Source: Desulfobacterales bacterium (GTDB lineage: Bacteria > Desulfobacterota > Desulfobacteria > Desulfobacterales > UBA2174). From it: DNA of 64,000 nucleotides. This document shows, one piece after another, positions 9,314-17,531 of this stretch. A program made the translations under genes and the position numbers. The stretch lies in assembly GCA_963668645.2 (NCBI GenBank), contig CAXXWC010000006.1:96001-160000 (forward strand). Direction: 5' to 3'. Every line of letters starts with the position of its first letter. Position 1 is the stretch's first letter. The notes below the pieces were generated by a model, which saw only the letters and a program-made list of their open reading frames with translations, was not told the origin of the DNA and did no database searches.

Positions 9314-9756
9314 ACGCCGCTGGATACGTGCTAGGTGCAATTGGTGTTTCACTGCTGCTCAGCCCCACTGGAACCGGGCTACGGCTGTTGCTCGGGAGTG
9401 GTCTGAGGGGATTAGTATGGGTCGCGGTGTGGTGGCCTATGGTAGGAATTGCGGTGAATATCTTGAACCGTTACGCCCCTGCACATATCCACGGTTCGCT
9501 GGAGCAGATAGTCAACCCCCTGCTGGCAATGCTCTCCTGGTTGGTTGCCTATCCACTATGCCTGCTGCTACGCCTTTCCCTTCGGCTGGATGAGGGGCTT
9601 ATCCGAATTGTCATTAGTATTACGGGAACGTTGACTTTTTGGAGGGTGGTTATATACGACACAGTGGCTGAAAGTAAGACCACATTTGATGTGGCCATGG
9701 TTTTTTTGACCTTCACGTTGAGCTTGTTGCTCATGGTACGAACCAAAAGTTATTGA
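9310..9756 (+). CDS. Small multi-pass membrane protein
   Basis: 148 aa with 4-5 hydrophobic segments; ATGA overlap with the previous gene. Confidence 0.6.
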   Translation: MNAAGYVLGAIGVSLLLSPTGTGLRLLLGSGLRGLVWVAVWWPMVGIAVNILNRYAPAHIHGSLEQIVNPLLAMLSWLVAYPLCLLLRLSLRLDEGLIRIVISITGTLTFWRVVIYDTVAESKTTFDVAMVFLTFTLSLLLMVRTKSY

Positions 9757-9877
9757 ACTAACCCACTTCGCAGTAGTGTCGGAGTCTGTGCCAATGTGAG
9801 TGAGACACCTACCCCTTGAGAAATTAGTGTAGGGCGGGTAGGACGATCACCAATGAATCCATTGTATACGCTTAACC

Positions 9878-11713
9878 CTATGGCCACACAATTTGGTTGG
9901 ATTTTGCCCCGGATAAAGCCGCAGAAGCGCGCTGTGAGATTCGAACGGGAAGATCCGGTATTTTTGTCAGTGCTTTAAAACCAGGCAGAATGCGATCGGC
10001 ATCCGCGGCCGGTATCAGCTCCTCGGAAGCCGAGGTTCGATCCAAATCAGCAAACAGGGCTTCGATATTGGGCCGGCCGTCGAGCAGGATTTTCATGTAG
10101 TCGGGGTTGGACAGATTTTTCACCAACGGGGTATCGGCCAGCATGGTTTGCAACGCGCGGTGCATGCGATTATCGCCGGTACGGCGGCGATGATCCCGGC
10201 GCAAGCTGCGAAAGAACTGTTCCAGGATGTTGTTGGTCCGCTGGGGATAAACCACCTGCGGCCCCGAAGGGGTCTGCACGTCAATCGGGTCGGCAAACAG
10301 TTTGTCGTGATACTTGTCGATCTGTTCGGCCAGTTTGCGGCACAGCGGATCGGCTGCCAGCTTTGCTTCGGCATCGAGACGGTGACGGAATTGGCCAACG
10401 CTCTGGCGGATACTTTCCATCGCGGGTGCGGCACCATCATCGTTGAGGCCGTCTCGGCCTCCGGAAGGTGCGATGCGCATGGCTTGGCGAAGCTGATCAA
10501 AGAGCCGGCAACGCCAGCGTAACGAGTCGAGGCTTTTTTCGAAGACCGGATCGGCGACGACATCCATCACCTTTCGTGCCAGGTGGACAAACAAGCGGCT
10601 GCCGGCCACGTTGTCGCCGGGAAGTGTCTGTAGCAGGCGCGGCAGGCAATCGAGCAGGATCATAAGCCGTTCGGCCAGTACCAGCAAGGGGCGATCGAAA
10701 GGAAAGCCGTAGCCATCGCCGCAGTGTTTGGCCTGCAAGCTCCACAGCGATAGTGCATAGACCGCCGCAGGGGTCGTGAGACTCAAATCGGCAGCCGTTT
10801 GGGTGCCCGCCAGATACATCGCCAGGGCGTTCGGCTCGGCCAGTAACCGACGGGCGTGGCGGGCCAACGCACGGAACCGGGTGCTGAACGCATGGCGACG
10901 CAGGCAGCCACGAAGCTCGCGGTAGGCCGGCTCGATCAGGTCTTTGCCCGCATCGCGCAAGAAATGAAAGTGGCAGACAAAGTCTTTGCTTGTGGGGAAC
11001 ACGGCCCCGACCGCCTTGCAGATGCCTGTGCCCATGTCATGCACACAGGCGATCGGATCGCCATAGTCGTCTTTGATCTTTTCCAAAAACGGGATGATCT
11101 GAGCGGCGTGTTCACTGGGCACCTTGACATTGGCCAACACCAGGCGGCTCAGAGCGTCGATGCCTGACATCAGAGCGGGCGCATCTTCTTGATGCACGGC
11201 ATCCAGATGCAGGATATAGCCGCCGCTTCTGGCCATGGCCTGCTTGATGCGCGGGGTGGCGCGCCGATGGGCCAGAGCCAGCAAGAGGATAAACTTGCGG
11301 CCGAGTTTGGTGATTTGAGAATCGGACAGCACCACATCGCGGGCCAGCAGCTCGTTGCGAACCTGCCCGACACTGTGGCAGTCCTCGAACAGGCGACGGC
11401 CGACAAAGACCAGCACGTCCCAAGCGGTATTGCAACGATGCGCCACCCGCTGACGCAGGGCCGGATCTTCCCAGACACGGCCACAACGGGTACAGCGTTG
11501 CACGGTCCGGCGGGCGATATAGGTGACCGAAAGACTGACCACGCGCTTGGTTTGTGTCTTTTGGACTTTCAAGGCACCGCCGCAGGAGCACTGCCGGTGC
11601 GGGTAGCGAAAATCGACCACCGGCGGCTGCGCGAACAACGCCGACGGGCGCACCTCCTGGTGCAGTTGTTCGTTGAGGCGGCTCAGGAGGCCGATGGCCG
11701 CAACGGCAGCATT
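9878..11713 (-). CDS. Transposase OrfB (DDE catalytic part), probably expressed as an ~821-aa -1 frameshift fusion with OrfA
   Basis: Zn-ribbon CSCG...CTRC, ILHLD, CVHDMG, CHFH (CxxH) and RTNNILEQFF; the stop codon coincides with the terminal IR. Confidence 0.75.
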   Translation of the reverse strand, partial: NAAVAAIGLLSRLNEQLHQEVRPSALFAQPPVVDFRYPHRQCSCGGALKVQKTQTKRVVSLSVTYIARRTVQRCTRCGRVWEDPALRQRVAHRCNTAWDVLVFVGRRLFEDCHSVGQVRNELLARDVVLSDSQITKLGRKFILLLALAHRRATPRIKQAMARSGGYILHLDAVHQEDAPALMSGIDALSRLVLANVKVPSEHAAQIIPFLEKIKDDYGDPIACVHDMGTGICKAVGAVFPTSKDFVCHFHFLRDAGKDLIEPAYRELRGCLRRHAFSTRFRALARHARRLLAEPNALAMYLAGTQTAADLSLTTPAAVYALSLWSLQAKHCGDGYGFPFDRPLLVLAERLMILLDCLPRLLQTLPGDNVAGSRLFVHLARKVMDVVADPVFEKSLDSLRWRCRLFDQLRQAMRIAPSGGRDGLNDDGAAPAMESIRQSVGQFRHRLDAEAKLAADPLCRKLAEQIDKYHDKLFADPIDVQTPSGPQVVYPQRTNNILEQFFRSLRRDHRRRTGDNRMHRALQTMLADTPLVKNLSNPDYMKILLDGRPNIEALFADLDRTSASEELIPAADADRILPGFKALTKIPDLPVRISQRASAALSGAKSNQIVWP

Positions 11714-12342
11714 TTTTTTAAACCGTGCTGCGCAAACAGCGCCCGGATCTGGTCGGCCTTGATGCGCACGGCGGCCCGGGCCGACACCCGGCGGGCCAAC
11801 TCGGCCGGCTCGGCTGACGGCTTGCGGATGAATTCGGCCAGCACCATCACTGCAATCTCGGCTGGCAGCACCGCCGCCACGGGCGCTTCCAGGACACGAC
11901 GTTGCGCCTCGGCGGTCCTGGCATTGCTGGCCAGGTAAACGTTCGCGCGTCCCTGGCGCTGGCGCTGGACAAGACCGCGGCGGTACAACCCGACCAGAAC
12001 CGAATGACAACGGCAGCGCAACTTTTGGCCGAGCGCTTCGGCGCTCATCCCTGCCAGACTGGCATCGATCAGGGCCACCAGCGTACGGGTCAGACTGCCG
12101 GCCCGGGAAAAGCCGATGTCGTGGTAAAACCACAGTCCTTCGCGCGAAAAGCGAGGAATCGAACGCAGGGTATACCATCGTCCGTTGTGCGTAAAACTGC
12201 TGTAGTAGCCGTTCTGGGCCAGAAATCGCCGGGTTGATGGAATCGAGTAGTCCATCTGTTGGCTCAGCGGCCCGATCATCCAGCATGGATGCTGCTTGAA
12301 CAGGACCGCGAGACGCTGGGAAACCTCGGTCGAACCATCCAT
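11683..12342 (-). CDS. Transposase OrfA (N-terminal, putative DNA-binding part), 219 aa
   Basis: GGGAGG RBS on the minus strand; ends just past a TTTAAAAAAAA run that shifts -1 into the DDE ORF. Confidence 0.7.
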   Translation of the reverse strand: MDGSTEVSQRLAVLFKQHPCWMIGPLSQQMDYSIPSTRRFLAQNGYYSSFTHNGRWYTLRSIPRFSREGLWFYHDIGFSRAGSLTRTLVALIDASLAGMSAEALGQKLRCRCHSVLVGLYRRGLVQRQRQGRANVYLASNARTAEAQRRVLEAPVAAVLPAEIAVMVLAEFIRKPSAEPAELARRVSARAAVRIKADQIRALFAQHGLKKMLPLRPSAS

Positions 12343-12731
12343 ATCGCCCTCCCGATAAAGTATTGCAGGTTATCGCCGCAACCGGGCATATATGCAATAC
12401 ATTATCAAGAAATGGACGATTTGACAAGAACGAAAAAGAGGATAGCCATCTATCGTAAATGACAATCATTACATGTGTTTTCTATGAGTTAGACGCAAAG
12501 CCGACACCCCGGAAAACGAAAGCACAGGCTCCTTGAGAATCGCAAAATATGATCAAGTATGGCAAAAATAATCGGATAACATACTGATTTTACAGAATCC
12601 AACCGTTTTGTGGTTCCATAGGCTTAACCCTTTAACGGATCTTCCCTCTTCGTAGCTTCGCCTTTGATCTTCCTTTAAAGTAGTGGACACCCCGAAAAGC
12701 CCAATGTATACGGGCGCCAGGAGGTGTTCCA

Positions 12732-13031
12732 ATGGCACAGAAAAAGAGAAAGAACTACTCACGAGAATTCAAGGTCGAGGCTGTGAACCTGATTACCCAA
12801 AAGGGATACAGCATTGCTGAGGCCTCGCGGAATCTCGGTATAGAATACAGCGTGTTACGACGCTGGAAGTCAGAACTGGCTAAAGAACCCCTGCACGCTT
12901 TTCCTGGTAAAGGAAAGCTTGCCGCTCCGGACGAGGAAATGCGTAACCTCCGCCGTGAGCTGGATCGCGTCAAACAGGAGCGTGACATCCTAAAAAAAGC
13001 GCTGGCCTACTTTGCGGAGGATCAGAAATGA
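12732..13031 (+). CDS. IS3 transposase OrfA (HTH)
   Basis: RKNYSREFKVEAV...LRRWK...ERDILKKA is typical IS3 OrfA. Confidence 0.92.
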   Translation: MAQKKRKNYSREFKVEAVNLITQKGYSIAEASRNLGIEYSVLRRWKSELAKEPLHAFPGKGKLAAPDEEMRNLRRELDRVKQERDILKKALAYFAEDQK

Positions 13032-13891
13032 AATTTCGATTCATCTCTGAACACGTGGAGACGTTCACTGTAGGCCGCATGTGCAAGTTGCTAAACGTCT
13101 CCCGATCCGGCTTCTATGCCTGGAAAAAGCGTCCAGAGAGCCGCCGGAGCCGTGAAAACCGGGTTCTGGAGAATCGAATCCGACTCTCACATGCAAACAG
13201 TCACGGTATCTACGGAGCGCCGCGGATCCACCAGGATCTGAACGATGACGGCGTACGTTGCGAGAAAAACCGTGTCGCCCGTATCATGCGAAATGCCGGT
13301 ATCCGATCTCGGACGAGAAAGAAGTTCAAGGCAACGACGAACTCTCGGCATAATCTACCAGTTGCACAGAATTTACTTGACCGGGACTTCAACGCAAAGG
13401 CTCCCGACACCGCATGGGTCGGCGACATAACCTACATCTGGACCGACGAGGGCTGGCTGTACCTGGCCGTGCTGTTGGATTTGTACAACCGCGAAGTCGT
13501 CGGTTGGTCCGCTGCTATCCGAATGACACGGCAACTGGCCATTGATGCCCTGGAAATGGCTCTTGGTAAGCGGCAGCCGGAACAAGGGCTGCTACATCAT
13601 ACGGACCGCGGTAGCCAGTACGCTTCGGCCGATTATCAAAAGATTCTCAAAGAGCGTGGCATGGTCTGCAGCATGAGCCGTAAAGGCAACTGCCATGACA
13701 ATGCCGTGGCGGAAAGCTTCTTTGGCCGCCTTAAGATGGAATGGGTCAACCACGAACGGTACCACAGCCGGTCGGAAGCGATCCAAAGCCTATTTTATTA
13801 CATAGAGGTCTTCTACAACCGAAAAAGACGCCACTTATCGATTGATTACGCAATCCCGCAAGAATATGAGGGTTTCCTACTTGCGGCTTAA
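13028..13891 (+). CDS. IS3 transposase OrfB (rve integrase core)
   Basis: WVGDITYI, HHTDRGSQY, DNAVAESFF: DDE triad. Confidence 0.95.
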   Translation: MKFRFISEHVETFTVGRMCKLLNVSRSGFYAWKKRPESRRSRENRVLENRIRLSHANSHGIYGAPRIHQDLNDDGVRCEKNRVARIMRNAGIRSRTRKKFKATTNSRHNLPVAQNLLDRDFNAKAPDTAWVGDITYIWTDEGWLYLAVLLDLYNREVVGWSAAIRMTRQLAIDALEMALGKRQPEQGLLHHTDRGSQYASADYQKILKERGMVCSMSRKGNCHDNAVAESFFGRLKMEWVNHERYHSRSEAIQSLFYYIEVFYNRKRRHLSIDYAIPQEYEGFLLAA

Positions 13892-14147
13892 CCTCGTGTC
13901 CACTTTTTCGGGGCAAGATCAATGAAAGGCAAAAGGAATGGCGTACGAAAGGCAAATCGGACTTTTTCTTGGGTTTGGGATTTGTAGGCAAAAAGCGCCC
14001 CCAAAATCTGACTATCCACAACCCTGCACCCCATAAAAACAATCGGCTATAAAAATTTGAGGCATTTTTCGAGCCCAACTACTGTTGGCACACGAATTAG
14101 TGATTTAAACTCTGACATGAAATATTTCAAACGCTATGTGAGTAAGC

Positions 14148-14489
14148 ATGTACCTGCGGACCACAAAGCGCACCAACAAGGACGGCTCAACGGTCGAGTA
14201 CTTCCAACTCGCCCACAACGAGCGCGATCCCAAAACCCGCAAGCCGGTCGCCAAAATTATCCACAACTTCGGCCGTACCGATCAGCTCGATCGCGCTCAG
14301 CTCGTGCGCCTGTGCCGGTCCATTGCACGGGTCTGCGGCCTGACCGTTACCGACCCGCTCGAAAATGACCAGGCATTTTCGGCACTGGCGGACAGCCTCA
14401 AAATTCAAGAAACCCTCGCCTTCGGCTGCCCGCTGGTTATCTTGACGCTCATCGCTTCCACTACGGCAGGAGCCCCCGGAACGACCTGA
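14148..14489 (+). pseudogene. IS1634-family transposase, N-terminal fragment
   Basis: MYLRTTKRTNKDGSTVEYFQLAHNERDP...IIHNFGR resembles the IS1634 N-terminus; only 113 aa, no DDE domain. Confidence 0.7.
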
Positions 14490-14556
14490 AACAATCCTTT
14501 ATGAAGGGCGATAAATGGCTTGAATTCTCCTTTTCATAAGGATAATATTTCAGGCC

Positions 14557-16020
14557 ATGAACTCGACCTCCATCAGTCGTTACCAGGCAATCCTGGACGA
14601 AAAGCTCGGCGAGTCGCTGGCTGCGCCTATTCCGGCCGGCATCGCCCGCCGTGTGTTCGGAGCCACTACCCTGCCGGACAAGGTCACGGCGGTGGTCGGT
14701 ATGCGCCGCGCCGGCAAGACCATGTTCGTGCATCAGATGCGCGGCGAACGGCTCGCCGCCGGAACACCACGCGAATGCCTGCCGTATATCAATTTCGAGG
14801 ATGAACGGCTCGCCGGGATGACGGCTGAGGATCTTCATCCGATGCTGGAGGCGTATTATCGGCGTTTCCCACAGTTTCGTGGAAGACAGCGCGTCACCCT
14901 GGCGCTGGATGAAATTCAGGTCGTACCCGGATGGGAGCGCTTCGTCCGCCGTGTCCTCGACAGCGAAAAGGTAGAAATCTTCGTGACCGGATCGTCGGCC
15001 GCCCTGCTTTCCCGTGAAATCGCCACTGCCTTGCGTGGGCGCGCCTGGGAGGTGCTGATCCACCCTTTCAGCTTCGAGGAAGCCTTGCACAGCCGCGGCG
15101 AGGGGACAGCAGAGGTGCCGCCGGCAACGGATGCTCAGACCCGCTCGACCCTGGAACGCGCCCTTGTCGATTATCTGACCGTGGGAGGATTCCCCGAGGT
15201 GCAGGGATTTGACCAGGCCACCCGTTACCGCGTGTTGCAAGATTACGTGGACGTGGCCATTTTGCGCGACGTCGTCGAACGCCATGCCGTGAGCAACGTG
15301 GCCGGTCTACGATGGCTGGTGCGCCACCTGTTGGGCAATGCGGCCGGACTGTTCAGTGTGGAGAAGTTCTACGCGGCGCTCAAATCGCAGGGTTTGGCCA
15401 TCTCCAAGGACACGGTGCATCAGTTCACCTTGTATTTGCAGGACTGTTTCCTGGTCCGCACCATCTGGCTGGCCGCCGAATCGGAACGCCGGCGCATGGT
15501 CAACCCGCGCAAAGCCTACCCGATCGACCCCGGCCTGATTCCGGTATTTGATCGCTCGGGCCGGGCCAACATCGGTCATGCGCTGGAAACCGCCGTGCTG
15601 CTGGAATTGGAGCGCCGCCGCGCCGAGGTCTCCTATGTCAAGACCACCAGCGGGCTGGAGGTCGATTTTCTGGCCCGTTATCCGTCCGGTAAGACGGAGT
15701 TGATTCAGGTCTGTGCAAACACCGGTGCGCCACAAACGGCAGAACGCGAGGCGCGTTCGCTCATCGAGGCGGGACCGTCGTTTCCCGAAGCACGCAAACT
15801 GCTGCTGACGCTTACTGCTGATGGACTGCCTCGCCGCCTTCCGGCCGATGTCGATGCAATCCCCGCATACATCTGGTTGATAGAGCACATCCAGTCAGGC
15901 AACTCGGCGTTTCGACCTCGGCGGTCTGCAAAATCGTCAAAGCGGACGAAGATGACGACGGCAAGCACATCAACTGACGATGTCAGAAATGAAGCGGGCC
16001 ATCCGGCAATTTCAAAGTAA
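14557..16020 (+). CDS. ATP-binding protein, AAA_14 + DUF4143 family
   Basis: GMRRAGKT, YINFEDER, LDEIQ, VTGSS, GGFPE, KAYPIDPG, LETAV, EVDF. Confidence 0.9.
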   Translation: MNSTSISRYQAILDEKLGESLAAPIPAGIARRVFGATTLPDKVTAVVGMRRAGKTMFVHQMRGERLAAGTPRECLPYINFEDERLAGMTAEDLHPMLEAYYRRFPQFRGRQRVTLALDEIQVVPGWERFVRRVLDSEKVEIFVTGSSAALLSREIATALRGRAWEVLIHPFSFEEALHSRGEGTAEVPPATDAQTRSTLERALVDYLTVGGFPEVQGFDQATRYRVLQDYVDVAILRDVVERHAVSNVAGLRWLVRHLLGNAAGLFSVEKFYAALKSQGLAISKDTVHQFTLYLQDCFLVRTIWLAAESERRRMVNPRKAYPIDPGLIPVFDRSGRANIGHALETAVLLELERRRAEVSYVKTTSGLEVDFLARYPSGKTELIQVCANTGAPQTAEREARSLIEAGPSFPEARKLLLTLTADGLPRRLPADVDAIPAYIWLIEHIQSGNSAFRPRRSAKSSKRTKMTTASTSTDDVRNEAGHPAISK

Positions 16021-16450
16021 GGTTGATGATTTCATTCATACTCTGGAGCGGCGAAATCGTCGGGCATAAAATCTCTTTAACGCCTCTTTGAAATTCTTTT
16101 TTATCTATCGGTTTATGCGTGCCCAACACGATTTTTAAACCGGGATAGGCCTGGTTGATCACCTTCTGATACTTTTCGATGAACGGACACAACGCGGTGA
16201 TGCAATAAGAAAAATGAAGGGCATCGAGCCTAAATTCAGCCAACGCACGCACCCTTCGCAGTATTTTTTCGGGCGCCATGACCGTTGGGCATCCGGCGCA
16301 GCTAATAATACCGACCAGATCAAGGGGCTCGTTCTTTGAATATCGCTCGAAAAACCCTCTCCTTTTTCTCATATCTGCCAAACAGACCACCGAAGCACAG
16401 TTGGTTTCCTGCATGCAGTTTGAACAAGTGAGAATTCCGATACGTGCCAT
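15983..16450 (-). CDS. CGGC domain-containing protein
   Basis: IGILTC...CASVVC...SCAGCP...HFSYC...CPF...GTH pattern. Confidence 0.8.
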   Translation of the reverse strand: MARIGILTCSNCMQETNCASVVCLADMRKRRGFFERYSKNEPLDLVGIISCAGCPTVMAPEKILRRVRALAEFRLDALHFSYCITALCPFIEKYQKVINQAYPGLKIVLGTHKPIDKKEFQRGVKEILCPTISPLQSMNEIINLTLKLPDGPLHF

Positions 16451-16485
16451 TCCCCCCCCAGTCAGCTTTCGGCAGATTCAGCGAC

Positions 16486-16932
16486 TTATCGATTCCATGA
16501 TTGGATTTCAATGATGTTTCCTTCAGGGTCCCTGAAATAGACGAATTTCAACTCGCCGACGCCATCTACCGATTTTTCAGTGACTTTGCCCAATGGCTGG
16601 CCGCCATTTTCAATGGCCTCTTCCAACGTCTGGTCAACATCGGATACCTCGAATGCAATGTGGGTTATCCCTTTGCAGTTTGCCATGATGGAGCTGCACT
16701 CGTTCATTTTACGGTAGGTGAAAATTTCAAGCGTTGGCCCGTTATCGCCATGGCCCGGAAGCAGCAAATGGACCCCTTCCAGACTTGCTTCCTCCAAGCC
16801 GGTGGCCTGATCCAGCCACGCCCCTGAAAGCTTTCGCTGCGGCGGTTTGATCTTACAGTGAAACACCTTGATATAAAAATCCGACAATACCTTCCAGTCC
16901 TTGGCAGCGATATTGGTATGAACGAAGCGCAT
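16486..16932 (-). CDS. VOC/glyoxalase family protein
   Basis: HTNI...LEIF...HIAFEV...YFRDPEGNIIEI. Confidence 0.9.
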   Translation of the reverse strand: MRFVHTNIAAKDWKVLSDFYIKVFHCKIKPPQRKLSGAWLDQATGLEEASLEGVHLLLPGHGDNGPTLEIFTYRKMNECSSIMANCKGITHIAFEVSDVDQTLEEAIENGGQPLGKVTEKSVDGVGELKFVYFRDPEGNIIEIQSWNR

Positions 16933-17183
16933 TGTTTTCTCCTTTTCCCGGGGGATAAAATGATCGAACGCCACTCTAGTCGATCAAGGCCATTCGTGTC
17001 AAGAATCGAACCCTGCCCACCGGACTATGCCACCCACCTGAAATACGACGTTTTTTCAATCAGGCCATCCGTATCATAGAGGTTTCGCCATCTCTTGTTC
17101 ATCGTGCAGGGGGGGATGACGAACCGCTTATCGGTCGTGCCGGTAACCGGCTGCATCACAGATCCTGGGAAATTTCCCTTAAC

Positions 17184-17329
17184 TGGTGTCCGTTCATAAC
17201 TGTTGATTTTTGGTTCCTGGCAAAGCCCGAGCGAGTTTCCAACCGGAGCAATAGCCCGCTATTTCGAGGATGGGAAACGAGCCAGAACGCCGCCGTAGGC
17301 CGAAAGGTGCCGTTTATGGATGGACACTA
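17184..17329. repeat. ~146-bp nested palindromic element (MITE/REPIN-like)
   Basis: Termini TGGTGTCCGTTCATAAC and GTTTATGGATGGACACTA are inverted repeats; inner arms GTTTCCAACC/GGATGGGAAAC and central AATAGC-CC-GCTATT. Confidence 0.65.
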
Positions 17330-17531
17330 ACTGGGTGGGGAACCTTTTTATACATTCATAAAAACAAAGAAGCCCAAAAATGCTTTCAGTTTGACTAACA
17401 TCCTTGAATTTCAGAATATAGTAGCGCCGCCGCTATCCGTTTCATGAAAAAGTAGACATATCCTATAAAAACCGGCTATAGATGGAGCCTATAGACTGGG
17501 CAAAAAGAAAAATATTTTTGGATACCGCGCC

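Larger units (their letters stand above)
9878..12621 (-). mobile_element. Intact 2744-bp insertion sequence, IS256/Mutator-like DDE transposase
   Basis: Imperfect terminal IRs CTATGGCCACACAATTTGGTTGGATTTTG and CAGAATCCAACCGTTTTGTGGTTCCATAG; 8-bp direct repeat GCTTAACC at 9870-9877 and 12622-12629. Confidence 0.85.
12665..13921 (+). mobile_element. IS3-family insertion sequence
   Basis: TG...CA ends; IRs TGATCTTCCTTTAAAGTAGTGGACAC and GTGTCCACTTTTTCGGGGCAAGATCA; orfA/orfB with A7G frameshift motif at 12992-12999. Confidence 0.92.

Noticed and set aside
11714..12469. N-terminal 252 aa of the 863-aa minus-strand ORF
   Set aside because: Arg/Pro/Gly-rich shadow frame; the overlapping 219-aa ORF has an RBS and protein-like composition.
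17472..17499. CTATAG-N7-CTATAG palindrome as a ModE box upstream of the kinase
   Set aside because: Only loosely resembles TATAT-N7-TAYAT; spacing and bases deviate, so it cannot be supported.
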